DNA from: Candidatus Sumerlaeia bacterium
Lineage (GTDB): Bacteria; Sumerlaeota; Sumerlaeia; SLMS01
Assembly (NCBI GenBank): GCA_020831705.1
Contig: JAFIGB010000279.1
Coordinates: 1 to 44,464 of the forward strand
Direction of reading: 5' to 3'
Length of the DNA: 44,464 nucleotides
Each line of letters opens with the position of its first letter. Within the stretch, counting starts at the first letter, position 1. A program made the position numbers and the translations under genes. Shown here piece after piece: positions 43,970 to 44,464 of the stretch. The notes under the pieces are model-generated. The model was not told the DNA's origin and did no database searches. It saw nothing but the letters and a program-made list of their open reading frames with translations.

Positions 43970-44464
43970 ATGAAAACGAAACTCACCCATTCTGCGATTT
44001 TTTGTGCCCTTGTCGCTGGCATGACCATGGCACCGTCACTTGCATTGCCATGCGCCATCTGCGAGGGAAACACCATCAGCCTCCTTCCCTGGGAACACCC
44101 CACGGACAATGAACTGGACAAGGTCTTTGACGACGCCGCCGCCGAGTTTGGCGTCCCTTCCGACCTGCTCCGTGCTGTCGCCTGGGTGGAATCGCGCTGG
44201 ATTCACACCGGCCCGAGCATCGATCAGGGCTGGGGCATCATGCATCTCGTTGAAAACGACACCGCCGAGACGCTGACTTTGGCTGCCAAGGCCATCGGGG
44301 AATCAACGGAGACCCTGAAGCAGAACCCGGTCGCCAATATTCGCGGAGCGGCGGCGATCCTGGCCCAATTTGCCAAAGAGACCGCTGGAGACAATCCCCG
44401 ACTGGAGGATTATCAGGAGGCGCTTCTGAAATATTCGGGACTTCATCCCGACGCGGCCCCCTTT
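43970..44464 (+). CDS. Lytic transglycosylase (SLT-domain) protein, N-terminal part; continues past the right window edge
   Basis: Not in the track because there is no stop in the window. My translation is MKTKLTHSAIFCALVAGMTMAPSLA (signal peptide), then FGVPSDLLRAVAWVESRW (catalytic E-S motif), then GWGIMHL and NIRGAAAIL. It stays open for 165 codons to the window end. GAGAGG lies about 7 nt upstream. Confidence 0.6.
   Translation, partial: MKTKLTHSAIFCALVAGMTMAPSLALPCAICEGNTISLLPWEHPTDNELDKVFDDAAAEFGVPSDLLRAVAWVESRWIHTGPSIDQGWGIMHLVENDTAETLTLAAKAIGESTETLKQNPVANIRGAAAILAQFAKETAGDNPRLEDYQEALLKYSGLHPDAAPF

Noticed and set aside
1-44464. CRISPR arrays, tRNA/rRNA genes, IS elements, integrases, prophage or toxin-antitoxin modules
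   Set aside because: Non-coding DNA totals only about 3 kb, in pieces of 434 bp or less. None shows repeat-spacer periodicity, cloverleaf-compatible sequence, terminal inverted repeats or the relevant protein motifs.

Overview
High-GC (roughly 58-60% by eye), very gene-dense chromosomal segment with about 33 protein-coding genes, many joined by 4-nt ATGA/TTGA stop-start overlaps. I see no rRNA, tRNA, CRISPR array, transposase, integrase or phage-like gene. Left to right: partial membrane-anchored GDSL hydrolase (-); nadE (+); an SsnA-type aminohydrolase coupled to a ThrC-like PLP enzyme (-), facing a second 488-aa PLP enzyme (+); orphan CheY-like receiver (-); prepilin-type pseudopilin; purine nucleoside phosphorylase; a GldA/GldF/GldG-like ABC module plus a DUF4340-like gene; a cyclase/formamidase. 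Then a minus-strand block: a giant 1356-aa CarboxypepD_reg-repeat surface protein, a purple-acid-phosphatase-like metallophosphoesterase and a polytopic membrane protein. Then divergent phnD and a fused phnC-phnE; priming sugar transferase-trkA-trkH; rodA-mreD-mreC (-); trpA; plsC; yraN (-); tolB; a minimal atypical Ser/Thr kinase (-); and dnaG-rapA-NHL lipoprotein-lytic transglycosylase (+). The pseudopilin type, NHL and CarboxypepD_reg proteins and the GldG/DUF4340 module suggest a PVC-like or related candidate-phylum organism (inference only). I do not see a clear-cut defence or mobile system, and most of the window is housekeeping. The best candidates for undescribed biology are: (i) the ssnA/thrC-like/PALP trio; (ii) the giant-protein/phosphatase/membrane block with its divergent fused phosphonate transporter and a 20-bp perfect palindrome; (iii) the dnaG-rapA-NHL-SLT operon, where rapA sits where rpoD normally does; (iv) a strongly over-represented octamer GTCTATAC/GTATAGAC that occurs in several reading frames and as an inverted pair in non-coding DNA. 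All family calls come from motif recognition without searches. Coordinates I derived myself (not from the ORF track) may be off by 1-2 nt.
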